The notes beneath the pieces were generated by a model. That model searched no databases, was not told the origin of the DNA, and saw only the letters and a program-made list of their open reading frames with translations. From assembly GCA_030690305.1 (NCBI GenBank), contig JAUYHB010000013.1, positions 5,221 through 69,220 of the forward strand: a stretch of DNA of 64,000 nucleotides, given 5' to 3'. Shown piece after piece: positions 19,970-29,150 of this stretch. The DNA is from a bacterium. Its GTDB lineage: Bacteria; Patescibacteriota; Minisyncoccia; Phycocordibacterales; JAGLPS01. Within the stretch, counting starts at the first letter, position 1. Each line of letters begins with the position of its first letter. The translations under genes were made by a program, and so were the position numbers.

Positions 19970-20869
19970 GTGGCAAAAGTATTTATCGGAATGGCGACAT
20001 ATAATGGAGAACGTTTTTTAAGAAAAGCGATTGATTCGTTCCTTGAGCAATCATTTACGGATTTTACTCTTTTTATCTCCGATGACGGCTCAAAAGACCG
20101 TACTCCTGAAATTTGCCTTGAATACGCGCAAAAAGATAAAAGGGTTGTGTTCTACAGGCAAGAAAAGAATCTGGGAATGTTTCCCAACTTCAAATTCACG
20201 CTTGATAAAGCTGATGCCCTTTATTTCATGCTTGCCTCCCAGGATGATTTCCGGGAAAAAGATTTCATACAGACCTGCATTGAGAATATGGAGAAGAGAA
20301 ACATCGACGTTGCAATGACAGGTATAGCGGATGTAGACTCATACGGAAGGAGCATGCGGGAAATGGATATAAGCATATTTTCCGGAAAACCAAGTGTCGC
20401 ACAGATAACCAGATACGTACTGCAACCGGAAATACTCGGGAAATGCCATTTCATGTATAGTCTTTTTAAGACTTCCGCAATGAGGAAAGCCTGGGATATA
20501 TATCCGATGAGAAAAGAGTGGGGAACGGATTATCATTTCAGCTTGGCTGTCGTAAGCCACTTTGATGTATATGTAGATAAGAGAATTCTGTTCAAAAAAC
20601 GGCCCGGAGGGCTTACAAGTCCGGACGCGCTCAAAGGAGACAGTCCTGATGCAGTCAAAAGAATCATTATTAAGGATCCGAAAAACCACATGTTTCCTTT
20701 CGGAAGATTCCAGCAGTATTTCCAGGGACATATGGAGGCCCTTGAAGGCACGCCGTACCGCCCACTTGCTGCATTATTGCTTTCCCTCCGCTTGCCGCGA
20801 GCCCTTTATATTCACATAAGACAGAGAGATATTAAAAAATTTATCAAAAAATTCTTCCACATATCATGA
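19970..20869 (+). CDS. Glycosyltransferase family 2
   Basis: GT-A N-terminus 'IGMATYNGERFLRKAIDS...FISDDGSKD'; GTG start 2 nt after the upstream stop. Confidence 0.75.
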   Translation: MAKVFIGMATYNGERFLRKAIDSFLEQSFTDFTLFISDDGSKDRTPEICLEYAQKDKRVVFYRQEKNLGMFPNFKFTLDKADALYFMLASQDDFREKDFIQTCIENMEKRNIDVAMTGIADVDSYGRSMREMDISIFSGKPSVAQITRYVLQPEILGKCHFMYSLFKTSAMRKAWDIYPMRKEWGTDYHFSLAVVSHFDVYVDKRILFKKRPGGLTSPDALKGDSPDAVKRIIIKDPKNHMFPFGRFQQYFQGHMEALEGTPYRPLAALLLSLRLPRALYIHIRQRDIKKFIKKFFHIS

Positions 20870-22050
20870 TTCCCCTGATGAAAAATGCATTTTTGAACGA
20901 AAAAGACACAAAGAGAGCTTTGGCTGGTTTTATTATGAAAGCAGGTAAATTAAGTATGGGAGAGAAATGTGCGGAATTTGAAAAAGCTTTTGCAAAAAAA
21001 CAGCATGTCAAACACGCGGTTCTTTTTAACTCCGGCGGAAGCGCAAATTTGGCCATGCTTCAGACAGCAAAAAATCTTGGGATACTTAAAGACGGAGACC
21101 AAATTGCTTTCTCCGCGCTTACATGGGCAACAAACGTCATGCCTATTATCCAGCTTGGAATGAAACCTGTCGCCGTGGACTGCGAACCGACAACCTTAAA
21201 TTCCATGTCCAATCATCTCGTAGAAACACTGAAAAAAAATAAAAAGATAAAAGCTTTCTTTATTACAAATGCGCTTGGTTTTGCCGGAGACTTGGGAAAC
21301 ATTAAAAAAATCTGTAAGAAAAACAACATAATCCTTTTTGAAGATAACTGCGAAGGACTCGGGACCGAGCTTCCCGAAGGGAAAACAGGGAGTTTCGGGC
21401 TTGGGGCAAGCTTTTCTTTCTTTGTTGCTCACCATATGTCCACGATTGAAGGAGGAATGGTGGTGACCGATGACGACAATTTCGCCGAAATGCTCCGTAT
21501 TGTCCGCGCCAATGGTTGGGATAGAAACTTGGAAACTCATCAACAAAAGAAGTGGAGAAGCAGACACGGCGTTAAATCTGAATTTCACTCAAAATATTCC
21601 TTTTATGACTTGGGATACAATCTGCGGCCGACGGAAATAACAGGGTTCTTGGGTCTGTACCAACTGGCACTCTTAGATGCAGGTTTGAGAATTAGGGAAG
21701 AGAACCACAACCGTCTTGAGAAAAAATTAAGGGAAAATCCTGACTTTATACCTCTCGACAGAAGTCATGTAAAAAAACTATCCCCTTTTGCCTTTGTGGT
21801 TATATGTAAAACTCCCGAACTGCAGGAAAAATACAAAACCCGTTTCGAAAAAGCGGATATAGAAGTGCGTCCCATAATATCCGGAAATATTCAAAGACAG
21901 CCATTTTATAGAAAATATATCACAGCAAAAATAGCATACCTTCCAGGAGCGGAGTTTCTTCATCACAACGGTTTTTACTGCGGAAATTATCCGGAACTCA
22001 CCGAAAAAGATATTCAGACCATAGAAAACTGTTTAGAAATAAAACAATAA
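20866..22050 (+). CDS. PLP-dependent DegT-fold enzyme of the ColD/RfbH subtype (NDP-4-keto-6-deoxyhexose 3-dehydratase-like)
   Basis: 'LFNSGGSANL', 'LFEDNCEGLG', 'SFSFFVAHHMSTIEGG' (His-His where aminotransferases have the Schiff-base Lys), 'VRANGWDRNL', 'LGYNLRPTE', 'EVRPIISGN'; blocks co-linear with E. coli ColD as recalled. Confidence 0.75.
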   Translation: MIPLMKNAFLNEKDTKRALAGFIMKAGKLSMGEKCAEFEKAFAKKQHVKHAVLFNSGGSANLAMLQTAKNLGILKDGDQIAFSALTWATNVMPIIQLGMKPVAVDCEPTTLNSMSNHLVETLKKNKKIKAFFITNALGFAGDLGNIKKICKKNNIILFEDNCEGLGTELPEGKTGSFGLGASFSFFVAHHMSTIEGGMVVTDDDNFAEMLRIVRANGWDRNLETHQQKKWRSRHGVKSEFHSKYSFYDLGYNLRPTEITGFLGLYQLALLDAGLRIREENHNRLEKKLRENPDFIPLDRSHVKKLSPFAFVVICKTPELQEKYKTRFEKADIEVRPIISGNIQRQPFYRKYITAKIAYLPGAEFLHHNGFYCGNYPELTEKDIQTIENCLEIKQ

Positions 22051-22060
22051 AGAGTCCTTT

Positions 22061-22930
22061 ATGATAATAGTAAATTTAATTGGAGGATTGGGAAACCAGC
22101 TGTTTCAGTACGCCGTCGGGAAACGCGTCGCCCTTGTCAATCAAACGGAATTAAAACTTGATATTTCGGGCTTTGAAACATATAAACTTCACGCATACAG
22201 TCTTCAGCATTTTAATATCGTCGAGCAAATTGCAACGTCAAAGGAGGTCGCTTGGTTTAAAAAATATCAAAAGAAAAAAGGACGCATTTGGTTTTTATAT
22301 AATAGACTCATTGCCAATGATGCTATATATATTCAGGAAAGGGGCTTCCCTCTTAATCAAAAGGTGATGGACTTGAAAAGCCCCGCATACTTGGACGGGT
22401 ACTGGCAAACTGAAAAATATTTTAAACAGATTGAAGACATAATCCGCAAGGAGTTCACGGTAAAAGACGAACTGACCGGCAGAAATAAAGAGGTTGCGGA
22501 AGAAATCAAAAAGACGAGTTCAGTGAGCCTGCATGTCAGACGCGCCGACTATGTGACCAATGCGAGAACAAATGAGCACCATGGCACATGCGACTCTGCG
22601 TACTACAATAAAGCCGTTTCAATAATTGCGGAGAAAGTAGAGACTCCTCATTTTTTTGTTTTTTCAGACGATATGGATTGGGCTAAAAAGAATATTATTC
22701 TCAATTACCCCATCACGTACGTTGACCACAACAGTGCTGCTACAAATTATGAGGACTTGCGTCTGATGAGCTTGTGTAAGCACAACATTATCGCCAATAG
22801 TTCATTCAGCTGGTGGGGAGCGTGGTTAAATAATAATCCGCAAAAAACCATTATCGCGCCGCAGAGATGGTTCCTTACGGATAAAATGGATACGCGCGAT
22901 TTGATACCCAATACCTGGATTAAAATATAA
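22061..22930 (+). CDS. GT11-family alpha-1,2-fucosyltransferase-like glycosyltransferase
   Basis: 'GGLGNQLFQYA' N-terminal motif and 'HVRRADYV' motif of alpha-1,2/1,6-FucTs. Confidence 0.8.
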   Translation: MIIVNLIGGLGNQLFQYAVGKRVALVNQTELKLDISGFETYKLHAYSLQHFNIVEQIATSKEVAWFKKYQKKKGRIWFLYNRLIANDAIYIQERGFPLNQKVMDLKSPAYLDGYWQTEKYFKQIEDIIRKEFTVKDELTGRNKEVAEEIKKTSSVSLHVRRADYVTNARTNEHHGTCDSAYYNKAVSIIAEKVETPHFFVFSDDMDWAKKNIILNYPITYVDHNSAATNYEDLRLMSLCKHNIIANSSFSWWGAWLNNNPQKTIIAPQRWFLTDKMDTRDLIPNTWIKI

Positions 22931-22934
22931 ATAT

Positions 22935-24704
22935 ATGTGTGGAATATTTGCGGTTGCCAGCTTAAAAGAAGATGTCCCTTTGAAAGGGCTAAATATTGCC
23001 CTTACCTCCTTATCAAAAAGAGGGCCTGATGATCGCGGGATTCTCACGTTCCCCCACTGCGTGCTGGGGCAGACACGCCTTTCAATTATTGACCTTTCAG
23101 GCGGACATCAACCGATGCGTGATAACACATATCCGCTTGCTATTACATTCAACGGAGAAATTTACAACTATAAGGAAATCAAAAAAGAGCTAGAGAAAAA
23201 AGGACATGCTTTTTCTACCAATTCAGACACGGAAGTGATTTTAAAAGCACATAAAGAATATGGCGTTGATTGTTTGAAACACCTAGACGGTATGTTTGCC
23301 TTTGCAATTTGGGATGAGGGGAAGAAGTCTCTTTTTATAGCACGTGATCGATTTGGGAAAAAACCACTCTATTATGCATTTGATAAGCTCGGTAACTTGA
23401 TGATTGCCTCCGAAATAAAAGCGTTATTTGCTTCCGGTCTAATCAAAGGAGAAATAGACCCAGAGGCAATAGACAATTACTTGGCGCTCATGTATATCCC
23501 ACCGTGGAGAACAATATACAAAAATGTTTTTACACTCGCTCCTGCCGAATATGCGCTATACAGGAACGGAAAATTAGAAAAGAAAAAATACTGGGAACTT
23601 GAGTTCAATCCCATTTCTATCGAATACAATGAAGCTAAAGAGGAGATCAAACGGTTATTTACGGAAGCAGTAAAAAAGCGCATGGTAGCAGATGTCGAAA
23701 TAGGAAGCTTTCTTTCCGGTGGAGTTGATTCAACCCTCGTGACAATGTATGCACAAGAATATACCACTCACCCACTTAAAACCTTCTCTCTTGGGTATGG
23801 CAATTATAGAAACGAGCTTCCCTACGCTGAAACCGCATCTACAAAAATTGGCACTGATCATCATACTCTCCAAGCTAATGAAGACCTTACTCATGTGCTC
23901 AAAGAAAGTCTTGCGTACTTTGATGAACCGCATGCGGATTCTTCTGATTTCCCCCAATCCCTTCTCTCACAGTTTGCCGCGCAAAAAGTTAAAGTTGCCT
24001 TATCCGGCGATGGAGCGGATGAACTCTTTATGGGGTACGGCTGGTATAACAAGCATATGAACCTTTCATGGAAAGCGCATACATTCGAAAAAATGTTTCT
24101 TAATCCTTTTGAGGGGTATGTACGCAATATTTCAATTTTTAGCCCGAGTGAAAGAAAAAGATTATGGGGACAAAATACTTATGTAAAAGAATTTCTTAAC
24201 TCGAGTGTAGGAAGGGAAAGTTTAAATTCGATCGAAAAAATAAATATCTATGATCTCACTACGTACCTTCCCGGACAGTTACTAACAAAAATCGACAGAA
24301 TGAGTATGATGCATTCTCTTGAAGTACGCTCTCCTTTTCTTGACCACACCCTCGCTCAATTTGTATACAATCTACCGATCAAATACAAGATGAATAGAAG
24401 TGAAAATAAGATAATTCTTAAAGATATCCTTGCTGAAAGCATGCCGAAAGAGTTTGTGTATCGTAAAAAACAGGGTTTTGGCGCTCCGGTTGAAGAATGG
24501 CTTAATACCCCCCGACTTAAGGGTTTGGTCCTTGAAAAACTCGGAGATAAAGCTTCGATATACTCTATCCTTAGAAAGGAAGAGGTCCAGAACATTGTCA
24601 GTTCCTTTTATAGCAAAGGTAAAAAGCTTCTGTATTATAAAGTATGGGTGCTTCTGTGTCTGGAGTTGTGGCTTGAGTCGCACATCGCAGATATCTCATC
24701 ATGA
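22935..24704 (+). CDS. Asparagine synthetase B-type glutamine amidotransferase (glycan amidation, WbpS-like?)
   Basis: 'MCGIFAV' Ntn-Cys start, AsnB synthetase domain 'SGGVDSTLV'. Confidence 0.85.
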   Translation: MCGIFAVASLKEDVPLKGLNIALTSLSKRGPDDRGILTFPHCVLGQTRLSIIDLSGGHQPMRDNTYPLAITFNGEIYNYKEIKKELEKKGHAFSTNSDTEVILKAHKEYGVDCLKHLDGMFAFAIWDEGKKSLFIARDRFGKKPLYYAFDKLGNLMIASEIKALFASGLIKGEIDPEAIDNYLALMYIPPWRTIYKNVFTLAPAEYALYRNGKLEKKKYWELEFNPISIEYNEAKEEIKRLFTEAVKKRMVADVEIGSFLSGGVDSTLVTMYAQEYTTHPLKTFSLGYGNYRNELPYAETASTKIGTDHHTLQANEDLTHVLKESLAYFDEPHADSSDFPQSLLSQFAAQKVKVALSGDGADELFMGYGWYNKHMNLSWKAHTFEKMFLNPFEGYVRNISIFSPSERKRLWGQNTYVKEFLNSSVGRESLNSIEKINIYDLTTYLPGQLLTKIDRMSMMHSLEVRSPFLDHTLAQFVYNLPIKYKMNRSENKIILKDILAESMPKEFVYRKKQGFGAPVEEWLNTPRLKGLVLEKLGDKASIYSILRKEEVQNIVSSFYSKGKKLLYYKVWVLLCLELWLESHIADISS

Positions 24705-25879
24705 TACACACGCTGTTACAGTACATTACTGCATATAAAAACAAGATTACGAACAAATTGTGGGGTGTGGTTTTTCTTTATACTAAGAAAAAGAAAAAAG
24801 GCACAGTGCTCATAGCTTACATCACAGGCCCTTTTACGCTTGCCCCCGGAGAATATTTTACCGATCCTCATTCAAATTATTGGGTTACAGCCGAAATGGC
24901 CCGTATATTTCTAGAACGAGGATACGATGTTGACGTTATTAACTGGAACAATGTCGCATACAAACCAAGAAAACATTACGCGTGCGTTCTTGACATAGAT
25001 AAGAATCTGGAAGGATGGAAACCGTTTCTAAGTAAGGATTGCGTGAAAATATATTTTATCAACGGATCATATTGGAAATTCCAGAATGAAGCCGAACAGA
25101 AAAGGCTACTTGCATTGCAGAAACGCCGTGGGGTACTACTTTCTTCCCACAGAAACGTATCATTTTCAAAAAATACAGAACTTGCTGATTTTATTGCCGG
25201 CTATGGCAATAGCACGGTTCATGGGACTTTTCCGGTTCCCGAGGGAAAAATTATTCCCCTTCCAGTTCCGGCAATGGATACGTATGATTTCCCAGAAAAT
25301 AAGGACTTCGAGAAGGCGCGAACACATTTTCTTTGGTTCGGCGGTGGTGGGGCAATGCTAAAAGGTCTTGACCTTGTGCTTGAAGCATTCGCCGCCCTTC
25401 CCCATCTCAAGCTTTCAATAATAGGCCCTGCAGCATTTGAAAAAGAGTTTGAGGAAACATATGCAAAAGAACTGGCTCTTCCCAATATCATCCGCTACAG
25501 CCGCCCCAAGATTCAAAAAGATGGGACGATCACAACCGACGGGATAGATATTCGTGACATTCTTAATCAATGTGGGGCCGTCGTATACGTGTCAGCCTCT
25601 GAAGGAGGAGGTGGGGCAGTAGTACATGCGATGCAGGCCGGTATTTTCCCTATCGTTAGTCCTAACACAGGAATCAGTGAAAAAGCTCCGAGCAAAGTAT
25701 TGTCTGGTCCTACAATCGAAAATATCCATGCGGCCGTTCAAGAATTCTCACAACTCTCACCAGAAAAAATAAAACAACTCTCCAAAGAAGTATGGCGATT
25801 TGCTCAAAAATATCACACCAAGAAATCTTTCACTGAAGCGTTTGAGAACCTTGTAGATAACATTGTTAAGCTCAAATAA
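24701..25879 (+). CDS. GT-B fold glycosyltransferase (GT1/GT4-like)
   Basis: C-terminal half 'FLWFGGGGAMLKGLDLVLEAF...VYVSASEGGGGAVVHAMQAGIFPIVS' resembles GT4 donor-binding domain; 4-nt overlap with asnB-like gene. Confidence 0.6.
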   Translation: MIHTLLQYITAYKNKITNKLWGVVFLYTKKKKKGTVLIAYITGPFTLAPGEYFTDPHSNYWVTAEMARIFLERGYDVDVINWNNVAYKPRKHYACVLDIDKNLEGWKPFLSKDCVKIYFINGSYWKFQNEAEQKRLLALQKRRGVLLSSHRNVSFSKNTELADFIAGYGNSTVHGTFPVPEGKIIPLPVPAMDTYDFPENKDFEKARTHFLWFGGGGAMLKGLDLVLEAFAALPHLKLSIIGPAAFEKEFEETYAKELALPNIIRYSRPKIQKDGTITTDGIDIRDILNQCGAVVYVSASEGGGGAVVHAMQAGIFPIVSPNTGISEKAPSKVLSGPTIENIHAAVQEFSQLSPEKIKQLSKEVWRFAQKYHTKKSFTEAFENLVDNIVKLK

Positions 25880-25915
25880 AGGGTATTAAACCCCTTTGTT
25901 GCCGTCTCTCGTTCG

Positions 25916-25947
25916 GGAGTGAAAAAAGAAGATACTTTTTTCACTCC
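25916..25947. terminator. Bidirectional rho-independent terminator between convergent genes
   Basis: ggagtgaaaaaa-gaagatac-ttttttcactcc (12-bp stem); nested inside a 13-bp outer inverted repeat aaataaagggtat (25874-25886) / ataccctttattt (25975-25987) that includes both stop codons. Confidence 0.55.
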
Positions 25948-25981
25948 GCTCACTCGCTAGGCAATAAAAGCTCGATACCCT

Positions 25982-26947
25982 TTATTTCCACGATTGTATT
26001 GCTTCTATAGCAGAGTCAATTTCCTCGTCTGTAAGTTTTAAAGAGGATGGGAGCCACAGCCCGCGGTTAGAATAAGAAAAATCTTGCGTGCTGTCTCCGT
26101 GAATTTTGTAATGGGAAAAGGGTTTTTGGGTTGTAATCACGGGATACATTTTCCTTGTGCCAATGCCCTTTTCTGCCAAATGAGCAGCTAATCCCTCCCT
26201 GTCGTCCACATATGCGTCCACAAACCACGGTGTTCCCGTATGAGGCCGCATCATTTCCGAAAGAGAGTCGTAATATTTTTTGTATATTTCAGTTTTTCTT
26301 TTAAGCCTTAATTCGATCTCCTCAAGCTGGTTCAACATAAACTGAGCCTGTATGTCTGTAAATTTAAAGTTATATCCTATAGAGTCATGCTCATCTCCTC
26401 CACCAAACTCCCGCCCAAAGTTTTTCAATTTCCTCACGTTTTTTGCTATTTCATCATCATTGGTAACTATACATCCCCCATTACCCGCCGATATTATTTT
26501 GTGTGGAGAAAAAGAGAAACAGCCGACTTTGCCGAAAGTCCCTAGATATTTGCCGTTATGTTTTGAACCGAATGACTGACATGCGTCTTCTATAATATGC
26601 AAGCGAGGATGTGCAGTGACAACATCTTCAATCCCGCAATCCCTGCCATTTAAAGAGACGTGGACATACGCATCGAGACCTTCAGGGATCTCATTATTTG
26701 AAACGAATGAAATTTCCGCTCCCGCCAATTCCGCAGCAGTAGCGGTTGCTATCATGGTAAGAGAGGGTATGCCGACTTTTTTTACACCTAACGCTTTAAG
26801 GGCCAAAAATATCGCAACAGTTCCGGAACTGACCATGACGCAATGCTTTACGCCTAGAAATTCCGCTATAGTCTTTTCTACTCTTTCCGTTATTTTAAAT
26901 TCTGCACCCAAGCCGTCGAGATCGTACTGGGGTATCTTTATAGTCAT
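25982..26947 (-). CDS. DegT/DnrJ/EryC1 sugar aminotransferase (Lys-type, perosamine-synthase-like)
   Basis: 'VSSGTVAIFLAL', 'SFSPHKIISAGNGG' with the Schiff-base Lys present. Confidence 0.8.
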   Translation of the reverse strand: MTIKIPQYDLDGLGAEFKITERVEKTIAEFLGVKHCVMVSSGTVAIFLALKALGVKKVGIPSLTMIATATAAELAGAEISFVSNNEIPEGLDAYVHVSLNGRDCGIEDVVTAHPRLHIIEDACQSFGSKHNGKYLGTFGKVGCFSFSPHKIISAGNGGCIVTNDDEIAKNVRKLKNFGREFGGGDEHDSIGYNFKFTDIQAQFMLNQLEEIELRLKRKTEIYKKYYDSLSEMMRPHTGTPWFVDAYVDDREGLAAHLAEKGIGTRKMYPVITTQKPFSHYKIHGDSTQDFSYSNRGLWLPSSLKLTDEEIDSAIEAIQSWK

Positions 26948-27333
26948 AACAATATTTTATCGTCCTCGTGAGGACCATTTTTGAACTCATAGAACGCAGC
27001 ATCCTTCAGTACTTCAATCTTATAGCCTCCATCCGCCAAAAAAAGACACTGCCCGGCAGACACTTCATATGCTCCTACATCTTTACCCTCTCTTTCACAT
27101 ACCGTTATGAGCAGCTTTCCTTCCGTGACAACAATAGCTTCCTGTAAATCAGGGATTGACCTGTCAATTGCCGAGTGGGTGTGTTTGGCAAACACGTGTC
27201 CAACTTTTCTTCTCATCATGAGAAGCTGCAGAGACCATTTTGAGTCAGTGATTGGGTGTGTGCCATCCTGTATGTCGGAATTGTCGACGAGAAGTGCTAC
27301 TATCTTATTTCCTGATTTTATTTCAGTTATCAT
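26944..27333 (-). CDS. Small cupin-fold protein (WbuC / sugar 3,4-ketoisomerase-like?)
   Basis: 129 aa; beta-rich composition with His-containing stretch 'KHTHSAIDRS'; located between gmd2 and the aminotransferase with 4-nt overlap. Confidence 0.45.
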   Translation of the reverse strand: MITEIKSGNKIVALLVDNSDIQDGTHPITDSKWSLQLLMMRRKVGHVFAKHTHSAIDRSIPDLQEAIVVTEGKLLITVCEREGKDVGAYEVSAGQCLFLADGGYKIEVLKDAAFYEFKNGPHEDDKILL

Positions 27334-27338
27334 AGGTA

Positions 27339-28334
27339 TTAGTTATCGTATGGATGTTCCAAATCATAATCAACCATCTTGTGAACAATATCCACAAATT
27401 TCATCTTTGGTTTCCATCCAAGAGCTTTCTTTATTTTTGAGGCGTTTCCGAGCAACAAAGGCACTTCGTTGGGCCGTTTGTATTTGTCATCAATTTTTAC
27501 GTAATCTTTCCAATTAAGCCCAACATAGGAAAACGCTTCTTCCAAAAATTCCTTTATAGTGTGGGTTTCGCCAGTCGCAACAACATACACATCAGGCTTT
27601 TCCTGTTGCATGATAAGGTAAATCGCTTCCACAAATTCAGGGGACCATCCCCAGTCCCGTTTTGCGTCCAAATTACCGAGAAGAAGTTCGTCCTGCAGCC
27701 CCTTTTTGATTCGAGCTACAGCACGTGTCACTTTTTTTGTAACAAAAGTACCCCCCCTTCTCGGGCTCTCATGATTGAACAGTATTCCTGTAGTGGCAAA
27801 GAGACCATATCCATCGCGGTATTGTCTTGTAAGATGGTAAGCGGCAAGTTTTGCTACTCCGTAAGGACTCTGAGGCATCATAGGAGTCTTTTCATCGTAT
27901 GGGGCAGGAACACCCGGCACACCGAACATTTCCGAGCTTGATGCTTGATAAAATTTGGTATGCGGAGACAGTTTGCGAATCGCCTCAAGCACATTGAGTA
28001 CTCCGACAGTATTTGTTTCAAGAGTATATTGAGGCACTTCAAATGAGACTTTGACATGAGACATCGCTCCGAGATTGTAAAATTCATCGGGCTGAATTTC
28101 CGATACCAGGGATGAAATAGAGGGGCTGTCGGTTAGGTCCCCGTGGTATGTGTGAAAATTTTTATTTACGTATAGATGATCTATCCGGCCTGAAGCGAAA
28201 GAAGAAAGACGGCGCATTATTCCGTGCACTTCGTATCCTTTCGATAACAGAAGCTCAGCCAAGTAGGAACCATCCTGGCCTGTAACTCCAGATATAACTG
28301 CCTTCTTTATGCTTTTTCTGCTTTTATTTTTCAT
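27339..28334 (-). CDS. gmd: GDP-mannose 4,6-dehydratase, second paralog
   Basis: '[29 protein letters not shown]', 'SSSEMFG', '[17 protein letters not shown]'; clearly distinct from the copy at 14301. Confidence 0.85.
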   Translation of the reverse strand: MKNKSRKSIKKAVISGVTGQDGSYLAELLLSKGYEVHGIMRRLSSFASGRIDHLYVNKNFHTYHGDLTDSPSISSLVSEIQPDEFYNLGAMSHVKVSFEVPQYTLETNTVGVLNVLEAIRKLSPHTKFYQASSSEMFGVPGVPAPYDEKTPMMPQSPYGVAKLAAYHLTRQYRDGYGLFATTGILFNHESPRRGGTFVTKKVTRAVARIKKGLQDELLLGNLDAKRDWGWSPEFVEAIYLIMQQEKPDVYVVATGETHTIKEFLEEAFSYVGLNWKDYVKIDDKYKRPNEVPLLLGNASKIKKALGWKPKMKFVDIVHKMVDYDLEHPYDN

Positions 28335-28407
28335 CCTTTTTGCATCCTGATATTTAGCTTAAATTCTAACTTTAGCACAGATTTTTTATAAAAAATCCGA
28401 AATAATA

Positions 28408-28436
28408 TTGACTAATCTTAACTTTAGTGATATAAT
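28408..28436 (+). promoter_or_regulatory. Sigma70-consensus promoter TTGACT-17-TATAAT for the acetyltransferase gene
   Basis: -35 at 28408-28413, -10 at 28431-28436; AAGGAGG RBS at 28487-28493 before ATG 28503. Confidence 0.55.
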
Positions 28437-28502
28437 TAACGTTAGAAATTGAATCTTTGTTGCAGATAATATAACCAGATGGTATAAGGAGGAAAGCGTA
28501 AA

Positions 28503-29063
28503 ATGGAAAAATTTGACACTTCCACACTTAAAAGCGTCGGCAAAGACGTTTTCATAAGCCCCCTCGTTTCTATTGTTCGCCCGGAGCTTGTAGTACTCGG
28601 AAATCACATCTCTATTGACCCGTGGTTCCATTGCACTACTGCCCTTGAGATTGGTGATCACGTTCATATCCAAGCTCAAGTTGGTATCATCGGCGGAAAA
28701 ACAGGAATTCTCAAAATGGGAAATTTCACAAATATTTCCATCAAGGGAACCATCATCTGTGTTTCAGAAAAGTTCTACGGCAAAGGTCTTATTGCCACCC
28801 CGGGTATCCCTGAGAAGTTCTTGGATGAATACAAAACAGGCCCCGTGATTTTTGAAGACTTTGTCAACACAGGAGCTAACGTCACTGTACTTCCGGGAAT
28901 CACTCTTGCCGAAGGATCGGTTATTGGTGCATGTTCTCTGGTTACCAAAAATACCGAACCGTGGACAATATACGCAGGTATACCAGCCCGTCCTATCGGG
29001 ACTATCGGCAATCGCCCGAAAGAAAAAATGCTCCAATATGCTAAAGAAATGGGCTACCGCTAA
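28503..29063 (+). CDS. Hexapeptide-repeat (LbH) acetyltransferase, sugar N-acetyltransferase (PerB/WbpD-like)
   Basis: Left-handed beta-helix repeats 'GNHISIDPWFHC...IGDHVHIQAQVGI...GANVTVLPGITLAEGSVIGACSLV'. Confidence 0.75.
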   Translation: MEKFDTSTLKSVGKDVFISPLVSIVRPELVVLGNHISIDPWFHCTTALEIGDHVHIQAQVGIIGGKTGILKMGNFTNISIKGTIICVSEKFYGKGLIATPGIPEKFLDEYKTGPVIFEDFVNTGANVTVLPGITLAEGSVIGACSLVTKNTEPWTIYAGIPARPIGTIGNRPKEKMLQYAKEMGYR

Positions 29064-29085
29064 AGTGGTTTAGCCAAGAAGTTCC

Positions 29086-29119
29086 AAGCGGGGTTAACCT
29101 ACACAGGTTAACCCCGCTT
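29086..29119 (+). terminator. Rho-independent terminator
   Basis: aagcggggttaacc-tacaca-ggttaaccccgctt (14-bp perfect stem) followed by atcttatatt. Confidence 0.65.
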
Positions 29120-29150
29120 ATCTTATATTAAAGCCAAATATGATAAAATT

